A stretch of DNA of 60,825 bases from Planctomycetia bacterium (GTDB lineage Bacteria; Planctomycetota; Planctomycetia; Pirellulales; PALSA-1355). A program made the position numbers and the translations under genes. Shown here one piece after another: positions 29,151 to 37,336 of the stretch. The notes beneath the pieces are model-generated. The model saw only the letters and a program-made list of their open reading frames with translations. It ran no database searches and had not been told where the DNA came from. The DNA lies in assembly GCA_041499515.1 (NCBI GenBank), contig JBGQKM010000001.1, positions 1 through 60,825 on the forward strand, given 5' to 3'. Each line of letters begins with the position of its first letter. Positions within the stretch are counted from its first letter, which is position 1.

Positions 29151-31040
29151 ATGACGCACGATTCTCGCGATTTCACGCCCGCGGCATCCAACTGGCTGGT
29201 GCGCGCCTATTACACGCCGGTCAGCGACGCGCTGCGGGGACAGCTTTCGGCCCGGCTGGATGTGCGCCCCGAGATCGCCGCGGCAGGGCTTCCCGCGCCG
29301 CTCTCTGGCTTGATCTACACGGTGGTCCGCCGCACCCGCTTGTGGCGCAGTGAAAAACTCGACGTGGCCCGCGAGTTGATCGCCCACTTTTCCGACGGAC
29401 TCTCGGCGGGCCATTCGGCGGACGAGCTGACCCAAGATTTTGGTTCGCTCCAGCAGGCCGCCAGGCTGATCCGCAAAGCCAAGCTGCGCAATCGTTCAAT
29501 GTGGTGGCAGTGCCTTCGCATCGTCACGCGGCTTTTGCTCGTGGTCCTCACGTTGAGCCTCGTGAGTTACAGCATCCTGGCCGCGCGATTCTATCTGGGC
29601 CGGCCGCAGCTCGCGCACAACTACTGGCACGAAATCAACGCCGCGCGGCAAGTGCCCGAGGCCCAGCGCGCCTGGCCCCTGTATCGCGAGGCCGTGATTA
29701 AGTTGGGCCAGACGGGTATCGAGCCAGACTGGTTGGACGGCGGCCCAGTGGGCAAGAACTGGAATCGAGCGATCGCGACTCTCGAACAACAGCGCGAATC
29801 GATCGAACTGTGCCGCCAGGCCGCGAAAAAGCCGCGCCTCGGTTATTTCTGGGGCGACCCGGCGGATCGCGCGGCGGCCCAGGCCGCCCAGGCTGATTGG
29901 TTCATCAACTCCACGAGCGCGTCGGTGGCCGACGACAACGAGTCATTGATTTCGGCGTTATTGTTCGGGACACAGGCGATGCGCGGTCTCGCTCGGCTGT
30001 TGTTGGCCGATGCCCGGCGAGCGGCCATCGCCGGCGACGGCGCGACGGTCGTGGCCGACCTGGACGCGATGATCTCCATGTCGCAGCAGATCTACGAGCC
30101 CAAGAGCAGCCTTGTCGAACAGTTGGTCAGTTTTGCAATTTTCGGTTTTACGCTGGAGACGGCCGGGCGGATCCTGACCGACTCGCCGGCGGTTTTGACC
30201 GACGAACAGTTACGCGAGCTGGCCCATCGCATCGCGGCCTATCACGACGGAGCCGTGCACGTTGACTTTGGCGCGGAGCAAATGACGTTCGACGATCTCT
30301 TGCAACGCGCCTATACCGACGACGGCCAGGGCAATGGTCGCATGACGCCGGCCGGGCTGGTGGACCTGGCCCAATATGGCGCGGATGACATGGCTCTTTT
30401 TCGAGCTCCCAAGAACAATTTGGCTGGAACATTCGCGGCGCATCTCTTCGACCCCGGCCTGTCTGCTTTGGTCGGCAGCCGGCAGGAGAACCGCGAACTT
30501 TATCAATCGTTGATCGACGAAGGTATCCGCCTCCACCAGGGGCCTCCCTGGCTGTGGGACCGGCAGGCGATCGTCGCATACCTTAACCGGATTTCGACGA
30601 TCGCCCAACATCCGACGCAACGAATGCGCTACATGTTGGTGCTTTTGATGTCCCCTGCAGTCGATGCCGTGTTCAATGCCGCCGAGCGCACCGCTCAAAC
30701 CCGGGATGCCGCCGAGGTCGCCATTGCGCTGGTGCTGTGGCATCGCCGGCATGGCGATTGGCCGACGAGTCTTGCCCAACTGACGCCCGACCTGCTGCCG
30801 ACGGTGCCGCCCGATCGGGTCGACGGCCAGCCGCTGCGCTACGTCGTGCGCGATGGAAAACCCGTGGTCTATAGCCTGGGCGACGACCGCTTCGACGACG
30901 GTGGCCGGCCGGCGGAACGCTTTGACCAATCTTACCCATCCTACGGCCGACACGATCCGCAGCGCGATGCCTCAGCCGACCACTATGGCGACTGGATTCT
31001 CTGGCCGCCGCTGAAAGAAAAAGAAGAAGCAGACGATTAG
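29151..31040 (+). CDS. Membrane protein of unknown function, co-transcribed with PadR
   Basis: Starts 22 nt after padR. One clear TM helix (IVTRLLLVVLTLSLVSYSILAA) follows a ~115-aa cytoplasmic N-terminal region, then a large extracytoplasmic helical domain. Coding-like composition throughout. Confidence 0.6.
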   Translation: MTHDSRDFTPAASNWLVRAYYTPVSDALRGQLSARLDVRPEIAAAGLPAPLSGLIYTVVRRTRLWRSEKLDVARELIAHFSDGLSAGHSADELTQDFGSLQQAARLIRKAKLRNRSMWWQCLRIVTRLLLVVLTLSLVSYSILAARFYLGRPQLAHNYWHEINAARQVPEAQRAWPLYREAVIKLGQTGIEPDWLDGGPVGKNWNRAIATLEQQRESIELCRQAAKKPRLGYFWGDPADRAAAQAAQADWFINSTSASVADDNESLISALLFGTQAMRGLARLLLADARRAAIAGDGATVVADLDAMISMSQQIYEPKSSLVEQLVSFAIFGFTLETAGRILTDSPAVLTDEQLRELAHRIAAYHDGAVHVDFGAEQMTFDDLLQRAYTDDGQGNGRMTPAGLVDLAQYGADDMALFRAPKNNLAGTFAAHLFDPGLSALVGSRQENRELYQSLIDEGIRLHQGPPWLWDRQAIVAYLNRISTIAQHPTQRMRYMLVLLMSPAVDAVFNAAERTAQTRDAAEVAIALVLWHRRHGDWPTSLAQLTPDLLPTVPPDRVDGQPLRYVVRDGKPVVYSLGDDRFDDGGRPAERFDQSYPSYGRHDPQRDASADHYGDWILWPPLKEKEEADD

Positions 31041-31960
31041 CGCCGGGCATAATACAGCGCGGCGTCGTCGATGATCCACGGCGTCGACCAGTTTCCGTTG
31101 TCGCCGCTGACCACGTTGAAAAAGAACGTGTTCAAGTGCTCGCAACGCAGGCTATAAGGCGTTTGCGACGCGATGTGGTCCTTGGCCGTCAGGTTCTCCA
31201 CGCCGGCATGGGCGTAGTAGTGCACCTGCCCATCGGGCGAAAACGACATGCCCAGCGTCCACCAGCCCAGCTCGGTGATGCGCGGCCCGGGAAAATCCTG
31301 GCCCTGCGGCCCGGCGCGCAGCGAGAACGAGGCCGAATCCGGGTCTTTGCCGTGCCCTTTGTGGAACTGGACGAACATGCCGGGCCAGTAGGGCTCAAGC
31401 TTGGTGCCCCCGCCGCCAAAGAATTTTCTGGGTTCTTCCTTGTGCGCCTGGCACGAGGCGCGGAAGGCGAACGAAGGACCGGTCCGCGGTTCCCACTCCT
31501 CGAACGGAGGAAAGTAGACGCGGACCACCACGCTGGGCGACCAGGAAACCGGAATCATGCCCACCCGCGAGCTGACGTCCACGATCAAATCGTCCTGTTG
31601 CATCGTGTTGCTGAAGTGTCCGGGCACGCCGGTGTTTCTCGACCTGATCAGTAGCGCGCCTGCGCTGGCCGGAAGGCCGCCCTCGGGGGTCGGCACGCGC
31701 TTGATCACGTCGGGTTGCCCGCGCATGACCCCTTCGTACCAGCGTCCATTGACCGCCGCGCCGGCCGGCAGCCGCTGCTGTTTGTCGTTCTCGTCGCTGC
31801 TCTTGGGCAGGTTGAACGTGTAGGCCCACTTGGGGTCTTCGAAATCGTCGCCCACTTTGAGCACGCGTTGGCCCGTGCCGGGCACGATCGCCTGGGCCCG
31901 CAAGGTGGCCGGCGCGCACGCCAGGACGCCCAACAACAAACCCAGGTACGCGGTTTTCAT
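31037..31960 (-). CDS. Secreted hypothetical protein (beta-rich)
   Basis: Signal peptide MKTAYLGLLLGVLACAPATLRAQA at internal ATG 31960 (the ORF is open to 32251). No motif I can name. Confidence 0.6.
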   Translation of the reverse strand: MKTAYLGLLLGVLACAPATLRAQAIVPGTGQRVLKVGDDFEDPKWAYTFNLPKSSDENDKQQRLPAGAAVNGRWYEGVMRGQPDVIKRVPTPEGGLPASAGALLIRSRNTGVPGHFSNTMQQDDLIVDVSSRVGMIPVSWSPSVVVRVYFPPFEEWEPRTGPSFAFRASCQAHKEEPRKFFGGGGTKLEPYWPGMFVQFHKGHGKDPDSASFSLRAGPQGQDFPGPRITELGWWTLGMSFSPDGQVHYYAHAGVENLTAKDHIASQTPYSLRCEHLNTFFFNVVSGDNGNWSTPWIIDDAALYYARR

Positions 31961-32273
31961 GCTTGCACCCTTGTGCCGCCACGGTACGCCGGCGTCGAGG
32001 CATCTCCCGGCGGCCGACAAAATCGCTTCGTTCTTTACTATCGGAACGGTCCACATTGTTCGTGAAGAGATTCGCGAGCACCGGCTGTCGGCTGCTGCGC
32101 GGCGAAACTTAAAGGATTTACCACGGCGCGCAAAACCCCTGGCGGTTTGCGCAACGTTCGGCCGCATGCTTGTTTCGATGGGGGTTTCTGCGAAACTGAT
32201 AGTAGAACCGGTTTCGGTCCGCTTCTCCGAGCCGAAAACTTCCCGTTCCATCCCGTATCGCGTGGCGTTGAAT

Positions 32274-34754
32274 ATGGCGACCGGTGCAAACTCTCTTCAA
32301 ATGGCGATGGAACTTCACCAGGCGGGCCAATTGGCGCAAGCCGAGCAGCTCTATCGCCAGATCCTGCGCGGGAATCCTCGACATCCTGATGCCCTGCACC
32401 TGCTGGGACTCATCGCTCACCAGGCCGGTGAGCATGAGATGGCCATCGCGTACATGAGCCAGGCCATCGCCATTGATGGCGCGCAACCCTTTTATCACAG
32501 TAATCTTGGCGAGGCCTTCAGAGCTTTGGGCCGGACTGCCGAGGCCCGGGTTTTCTACGAGAGGGCGTTGCAGTTGGACCCGATGTTTGCGGCGGCGCAC
32601 TACAACCTGGGTCTGCTTTTGGAGGCTGGCAGTCCGGCCGAGTCGCAGCGTCACTTCGAACGATCGATTGGCCTGCGGAGAGATTTTGTCCCGGCTTATA
32701 TCAAGTTGGGCAACGTTCTCCGCGCGCAAGCCAAACCGGCCGAGGCGGTCGAGGCCTATCGAGCGGCTCTGCGGCGCCGGCCGGACGATGCCGATGCGCT
32801 CAACAACTTGGGCGTCGCGTTGGTGGATCTGAGGCGTTTCCCAGAGGCATTCACGCAACTGGAACAGGCATTGCGCTTGGTCCCCGACTCGGCCGACGTG
32901 CACGCCAATCTTGGCAACGCGTATTGCGGCGTTAAAGATTGGGACCAGGCGGTTCGCTGCTATCAAGAAGCGCTGCGCCTGCGCCCCAATTCAATCGAGG
33001 CTCGCCATGCTTTGGGGAACGTTTTGACGATCCAGGGTGACCTCGTGGGCGCCGCGGCGGCCTACCTGGACGTGCTGCGGCTCAAGCCCGATCACGTCGA
33101 GACGTTGATCCAGTACAGCCGTGTTCTGCAAGCTCAAGGACAAATCAACGCAGCCCTCGAGCACTACGAGCGAGCCTTGCGTGCAACCCCCGAATCGGCC
33201 CTGGCCCATTACCATCGGGCAAACGTACTGATCCTCAAGCGGATGCTACACGAGGCCATTGCCGGATTTCAAGAGGCTCTCCGGTTGCGCCCCGATTTTC
33301 CCGAGGCGTATGCCAACCTGGCCATCCTTCTGAACGAAACGAGTCGCCCCGACGAGGCGCTTGAAACGTGTCGCCGCGCGATGGAATGCGGCGCGGAATG
33401 CGATAAGCTGCCCGGCATCATGGCAAACTCGCTGCTTCTGGTGGGTCGCGGCGAAGAGGCGATCGAGTATTACCGCAAATCGATCGCGTTGCTGTCGGAC
33501 CAGTCCGACGAACGTAGCAATCTGCTGTACGCGCTGAATTTCATACCCGACTACGATCCGTCCGTATTGCTGGAAGAACACCTCCAGTGGGCTCGCGAGT
33601 ATGCCGAGCCGCTCACCGCCCAGGCGCCTCCGCACGACAATGATCGCAAAACGCGCCGGCGGCTGCGGATCGGCTATGTGTCGCCCGACTTCCGCAACAA
33701 CGCCGTGAACTATTTTGTCGAACCGCTGCTGGCGTCGCACGATCACAAACGGTTCGAGGTCTTCTGCTATTCAACCACGCTTGTCCCGGACGAAACCACC
33801 GCCCGGCTTCAAGCGACGGCAGACCAGTGGCGCGACGTACGCCATCAAACCGACGAACAAATAGCCGCGCTTGTGCGCGAAGACAAAATCGACATCCTGG
33901 TCGATCTGTCGGGGCATATGGGAAGGCGCCGCCTGCTGGTCTTCGCCCGCCAGCCGGCTCCGATTCAAGTCACTTACCTCGGCTACCAGAACACGACCGG
34001 CATGACGGCCATGGATTATCGGATCACCGACGCATGGGCCGATCCACCGGGCCTGACCGACCGGTTCTACACGGAAAAACTGGTCCGCTTGCCGCGGGCC
34101 TTCTTTTGCTATCAGCCGTTCGACGCGCCGCCGATCGCGCCCTTGCCGGCGCTCGAGTCGGGCTCCGTGACATTTGGCTCGTTCAACAATTTTGCCAAGG
34201 TCACGCCGCGGGTCATCGACGCCTGGCTGGAAATCCTCAAGCGCGTGCCACGATCTCGACTGCTGATTCTGGCTTTCCGTGGCGGCTCCTTGGAGCGGCG
34301 TCTTGGCGAGCTGGCCCAACAGCGGGGCATTTCGCCCGAGCGAGTGGAATTGCACGACAAGCGCCCGCGGCAAGAATATTTGCGGCTCATTCAGCAAGCC
34401 GACATCGCGCTGGATCCATTCCCCTTCAATGGACACACGACGATTTGCGACTCGATTTGGATGGGCGTGCCCGTGGTGATGCTGCAAGGCCAGACCTACG
34501 CATCGCGTTTCGGGGGCAGCGTGCTGGCCAACCTGGGCCTGGAAAAATGGATCGCCGACTCGGTCGACGAATATGTCGATTTGGCCGTCAAATCGGCCGG
34601 CGACTTACCGCGATTATCCAAATTGCGAAATCAACTGCGGCCCCGTATGGCCGATTCCGCTCTGCTCGACTTCCCCGGTTTCGCCCGCAACTTGGAAAAA
34701 GCCTACCGACAAATGTGGCTCGATGGGTGCCGCCAGGCGAAGGCCAAGAAGTGA
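32274..34754 (+). CDS. TPR-repeat O-GlcNAc-transferase-like glycosyltransferase (GT41 / SPINDLY family)
   Basis: About 11 canonical TPRs (AEQLYRQILRGNPRHPDALHLLGLIAHQAG...). The C-terminal GT41-like catalytic half has RIGYVSPDFRNNAV, DILVDLSGH, TYLGYQNTTGM and PFNGHTTICDSIWMGVPVV. ATG 32274 is preferred (ORF open from 31830). Confidence 0.85.
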   Translation: MATGANSLQMAMELHQAGQLAQAEQLYRQILRGNPRHPDALHLLGLIAHQAGEHEMAIAYMSQAIAIDGAQPFYHSNLGEAFRALGRTAEARVFYERALQLDPMFAAAHYNLGLLLEAGSPAESQRHFERSIGLRRDFVPAYIKLGNVLRAQAKPAEAVEAYRAALRRRPDDADALNNLGVALVDLRRFPEAFTQLEQALRLVPDSADVHANLGNAYCGVKDWDQAVRCYQEALRLRPNSIEARHALGNVLTIQGDLVGAAAAYLDVLRLKPDHVETLIQYSRVLQAQGQINAALEHYERALRATPESALAHYHRANVLILKRMLHEAIAGFQEALRLRPDFPEAYANLAILLNETSRPDEALETCRRAMECGAECDKLPGIMANSLLLVGRGEEAIEYYRKSIALLSDQSDERSNLLYALNFIPDYDPSVLLEEHLQWAREYAEPLTAQAPPHDNDRKTRRRLRIGYVSPDFRNNAVNYFVEPLLASHDHKRFEVFCYSTTLVPDETTARLQATADQWRDVRHQTDEQIAALVREDKIDILVDLSGHMGRRRLLVFARQPAPIQVTYLGYQNTTGMTAMDYRITDAWADPPGLTDRFYTEKLVRLPRAFFCYQPFDAPPIAPLPALESGSVTFGSFNNFAKVTPRVIDAWLEILKRVPRSRLLILAFRGGSLERRLGELAQQRGISPERVELHDKRPRQEYLRLIQQADIALDPFPFNGHTTICDSIWMGVPVVMLQGQTYASRFGGSVLANLGLEKWIADSVDEYVDLAVKSAGDLPRLSKLRNQLRPRMADSALLDFPGFARNLEKAYRQMWLDGCRQAKAKK

Positions 34755-34803
34755 ATGGCGCCGCCAAGTAAATCCAGCCCAATGAACACGCGCCGTGCCG
34801 CCC

Positions 34804-35682
34804 CTACCGGTTTCCGCGCAACAGCGAGGAACTGAACGCGCGGTCGGGTAGATCCACGTTGAGCTTCAGATTGGTGTACGTGTACTCGGCCATCAGCGGC
34901 GGCGGCTGATTCGACTGCTTGGGCCAGTCGCTGAAATCAACGCGCACCGGAACACGCAGCTCGTCGTCGATAAACACGTTGGCCAAGTGAAACTCCAGCC
35001 CGTCTTGCTTTTTCGGATGCACGATGCGGATCGCGGTGCAGGGGCGCTGGTTCACCCTGGCCCCCGCGATGCGCTGGACCCGCGTGTTCTGGCCCGTCGG
35101 GTCGGCCTTTGCATGGCGTTGCAAGATGTCGATCATCTGTCCGAGCACCTGGTTGAATCCGCTTTGCGTGATTGGCACCAGGCTTTCTTTCCGCGCGCGT
35201 TCCCCCAGCGGATCGACCTCGACAACGACATAGTCGAAGTGCCGGCCTCCATTGCGCACCAGCATCTTGCCTTCGTTCTGTCCGGCCACGTACAGCACTC
35301 TGCGGCCCGCCACGTTCCTGGGAGCCAGAAACTGCAAAAAGATGCTCATCGGCCGCTCGATCACGTCTCCGCTGCGAACCTCCTCACGCACGCGCATGTC
35401 GATGTGGCAGTAGTCTTGCAAAATGCCGTCGATACGCTCGCGCTTGACCAACCGGCAGGTGAAGTCACGAACCGCCTGGCGCAAATAGATTTGCTCGTCG
35501 CGCGCAAACCGCAACACGGAGGTCAACGGATGGTCTTGCGGGACCGACGCCGGCAAGGCGGCGGTCGGCGTGTAAAGTGCCGGGCGCTCCGGCGGCTGGG
35601 CAGATGCCTGGCGGACAAGCGCGATCGAGAACGCGGCGGCGATCAAGATGCTGGCAAACCCGCGGCGCCGAAATAGTAACAT
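34804..35682 (-). CDS. Secreted hypothetical protein (possibly the planctomycetal DUF1571 type; unverified)
   Basis: Signal peptide MLLFRRRGFASILIAAAFSIALVRQASA. Coding-like composition, about 290 aa. The family name is a guess from size and taxon only. Confidence 0.55.
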   Translation of the reverse strand: MLLFRRRGFASILIAAAFSIALVRQASAQPPERPALYTPTAALPASVPQDHPLTSVLRFARDEQIYLRQAVRDFTCRLVKRERIDGILQDYCHIDMRVREEVRSGDVIERPMSIFLQFLAPRNVAGRRVLYVAGQNEGKMLVRNGGRHFDYVVVEVDPLGERARKESLVPITQSGFNQVLGQMIDILQRHAKADPTGQNTRVQRIAGARVNQRPCTAIRIVHPKKQDGLEFHLANVFIDDELRVPVRVDFSDWPKQSNQPPPLMAEYTYTNLKLNVDLPDRAFSSSLLRGNR

Positions 35683-35975
35683 CCGTCAAACCCTTGATTC
35701 GAAGGATTGCCAGCACCCCGAGATTCTCCTGGGCAATCGCTAAATTATCGCCCAGGGATGTACACGCGCCAAACGATTCGTCCGAGCGACGCCGCGTTCC
35801 ATGACAAAAAAACCCGGCCGTGGCCGTCCAGCCGTTGCGAACGGCAAAGTCAGGGGTATACAAGAGATGGCAATAGGCGTCAACGCGAGCACGAAACATG
35901 CAGGTGCCCGCCGCCGCGGCGAGACCGGCGTCGCCTTTTCGCGCCAATACACGCGAACTTCCGCGAACTCGCCGG

Positions 35976-36557
35976 CTACTCAATTCTTGAGCCAGGCGTG
36001 ACCAACTCGTTGAAGCGATCGACCGGCTCGCCGGCCGTCCAGGCCAGGCCGCGCAACAACAAGACGCGAAACAGCGGGTCGTCAAACGTCCAACTGTAGT
36101 GACCCAAGATCGAACAAAACACGCGGCCCCGGCCGGGTTCGAACGTCCACAGCAGCGGTCGCGGCTGGCCTTCTTCGACCTGCGTGGCCAGCACGTTGAC
36201 GCGCGCCGGGTCGCCGATCAGGTTCCAGTAGCTTTCGTCGACAAATCGGGCCGCGGTGAACCCGGCCGTGATCGGATGTTCGGCGTCGGCGCGAAACTGC
36301 AGATCGAGCGCGCCATGCCGGTAACGCGCCTGGCGGTCGTCCCAGGCCAGCCCGATGCGGCGCGCCAACTCCTCCGGGGCGCGCTGGCCGTTGACCGCAA
36401 AGTGCAAGTACACCAGCCCGCCGCCACGCTCCAAAAATGCGTCGAGCTCTTTGGCGCGCGCGGGGTTCCAGCCGGGATTGGCCGAGAAAAACGCCACGAC
36501 GTCGGCCGTCTTCCACTGTTCGGGCGTGGGCCAGGGATTGGCCGTCGCCACGCGCAC
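35976..36557 (-). CDS. ThuA-domain protein, apparently 5'-truncated (possible pseudogene remnant)
   Basis: ThuA-like motifs GGGLVYLHFAV, FVDESYWNL and GRGRVFCSILGH...LLLRGLAWTAG. The frame is closed by an in-frame TAG at 36573-36575, only 6 codons upstream of the GTG at 36557. The usual N-terminal beta-alpha segment of ThuA domains therefore seems to be missing. Confidence 0.55.
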   Translation of the reverse strand: MRVATANPWPTPEQWKTADVVAFFSANPGWNPARAKELDAFLERGGGLVYLHFAVNGQRAPEELARRIGLAWDDRQARYRHGALDLQFRADAEHPITAGFTAARFVDESYWNLIGDPARVNVLATQVEEGQPRPLLWTFEPGRGRVFCSILGHYSWTFDDPLFRVLLLRGLAWTAGEPVDRFNELVTPGSRIE

Positions 36558-37335
36558 GCGCGGCGCCAGTCCCTAGCGAGATGTCAGCAGTAGCGCCTGG
36601 TTGGCCGGTCAGCCGTTTTGCTCGACTGCCGACGTCGAGAACGGCCACAGCGAGATTGAGTTCGAGTCTGCGGCGGTGCCCCCCCCCAACGTGTGAAGCA
36701 CTCTCGACGCTATCGGTCTCAGCAGCCAACTCCATCTTCAACCTCAAGATGTGGGCATTGTAAGTGGCTTTGCGTTTACGGTCGGTGTGGGGTGGAGTCG
36801 TCGGCAATGCCTCATCATAGGTCGATGCAAATTCCGACGCCAAAGCGACCGACCGAATCGACTCGTATACTTGAATCACTTCATGCGCCATTTTCACGTC
36901 CAGCGGGGACTTTCGGGATCGAAACAGGCTCGATAGACCTGCTTCAATCGTCGTGCGGTTGGCTCCGCGAGCGAGCTGTTCCATCAAATGGAAGTCGCCG
37001 GGTTTGTTATTGTGCGCGAGAATTGGCGCTTTGGCGTATTTTAATGGCATTTCTGCCGGCGTCCACCTTGCCTCGCAGTGGCCGTGCCAGACTTTCACTG
37101 TGATTGGCGGCGTGAGATATACCAGCCGAGAACCGTTTTGCCCACCTTGAAGGAACGCCAACCTTGCACCCTCAAGTTCCTTGGCGTCGTTTGGACTCAA
37201 GAGGTTATTAGAGTGGCAGCCAGTACATCCAAAACTACCGAACTCGTAAAATGGATCATCCCGCCGTTCGTCCGGGCGTTCGCTCGCGCTGTATGGCCGG
37301 CGTAGGTGAACGATGATGCCCTTGGGTGCTGCCAT
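36082..37335 (-). CDS. Uncharacterised Cys/His-motif protein 'B'; only the first ~216 codons (37335 to ~36688) look genuine
   Basis: ATG lies 1 nt after the stop of the upstream gene. N-terminal GIIVHLRRP...DDPFYEFGSFGCTGCH, then EGARLAFLQGGQNGSRLVYL and WHGHCE. Lower-GC codon usage runs down to the G9 tract at 36679-36687. After the tract the translation becomes Arg/Gly/Ala-rich and runs out of frame through the ThuA fragment. Confidence 0.55.
   Translation of the reverse strand: MAAPKGIIVHLRRPYSASERPDERRDDPFYEFGSFGCTGCHSNNLLSPNDAKELEGARLAFLQGGQNGSRLVYLTPPITVKVWHGHCEARWTPAEMPLKYAKAPILAHNNKPGDFHLMEQLARGANRTTIEAGLSSLFRSRKSPLDVKMAHEVIQVYESIRSVALASEFASTYDEALPTTPPHTDRKRKATYNAHILRLKMELAAETDSVESASHVGGGHRRRLELNLAVAVLDVGSRAKRLTGQPGATADISLGTGAARARGDGQSLAHARTVEDGRRRGVFLGQSRLEPRARQRARRIFGAWRRAGVLALCGQRPARPGGVGAPHRAGLGRPPGALPAWRARSAVSRRRRTSDHGRVHRGPICRRKLLEPDRRPGARQRAGHAGRRRPAATAAVDVRTRPGPRVLFDLGSLQLDV
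36679..36687. repeat. Homopolymeric C9 (G9 on the coding strand) tract at the island / ThuA-fragment junction
   Basis: Read directly: ...cggcggtgCCCCCCCCCaacgtg... It encodes Gly217-219 of ORF B. Confidence 0.9.
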
Positions 37336-37336
37336 G

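Noticed and set aside
36658-36668. GAGTTCGAGTC, a tRNA T-loop-like string next to the island junction. It could be a tRNA-derived att site remnant.
   Set aside because: The flanking bases do not form a T-stem (only 2 of 5 Watson-Crick pairs). No acceptor stem or cloverleaf can be drawn, and it matches neither tRNA in the window.
36082-36678. The C-terminal ~200 codons of the 417-aa ORF 'B', downstream of the G9 tract.
   Set aside because: Their composition switches abruptly to Arg/Gly/Ala-rich, high-GC 'wrong-frame' text. The stretch overlaps the ThuA-motif reading frame on the same strand in a different frame. I treat it as read-through, not as real protein.
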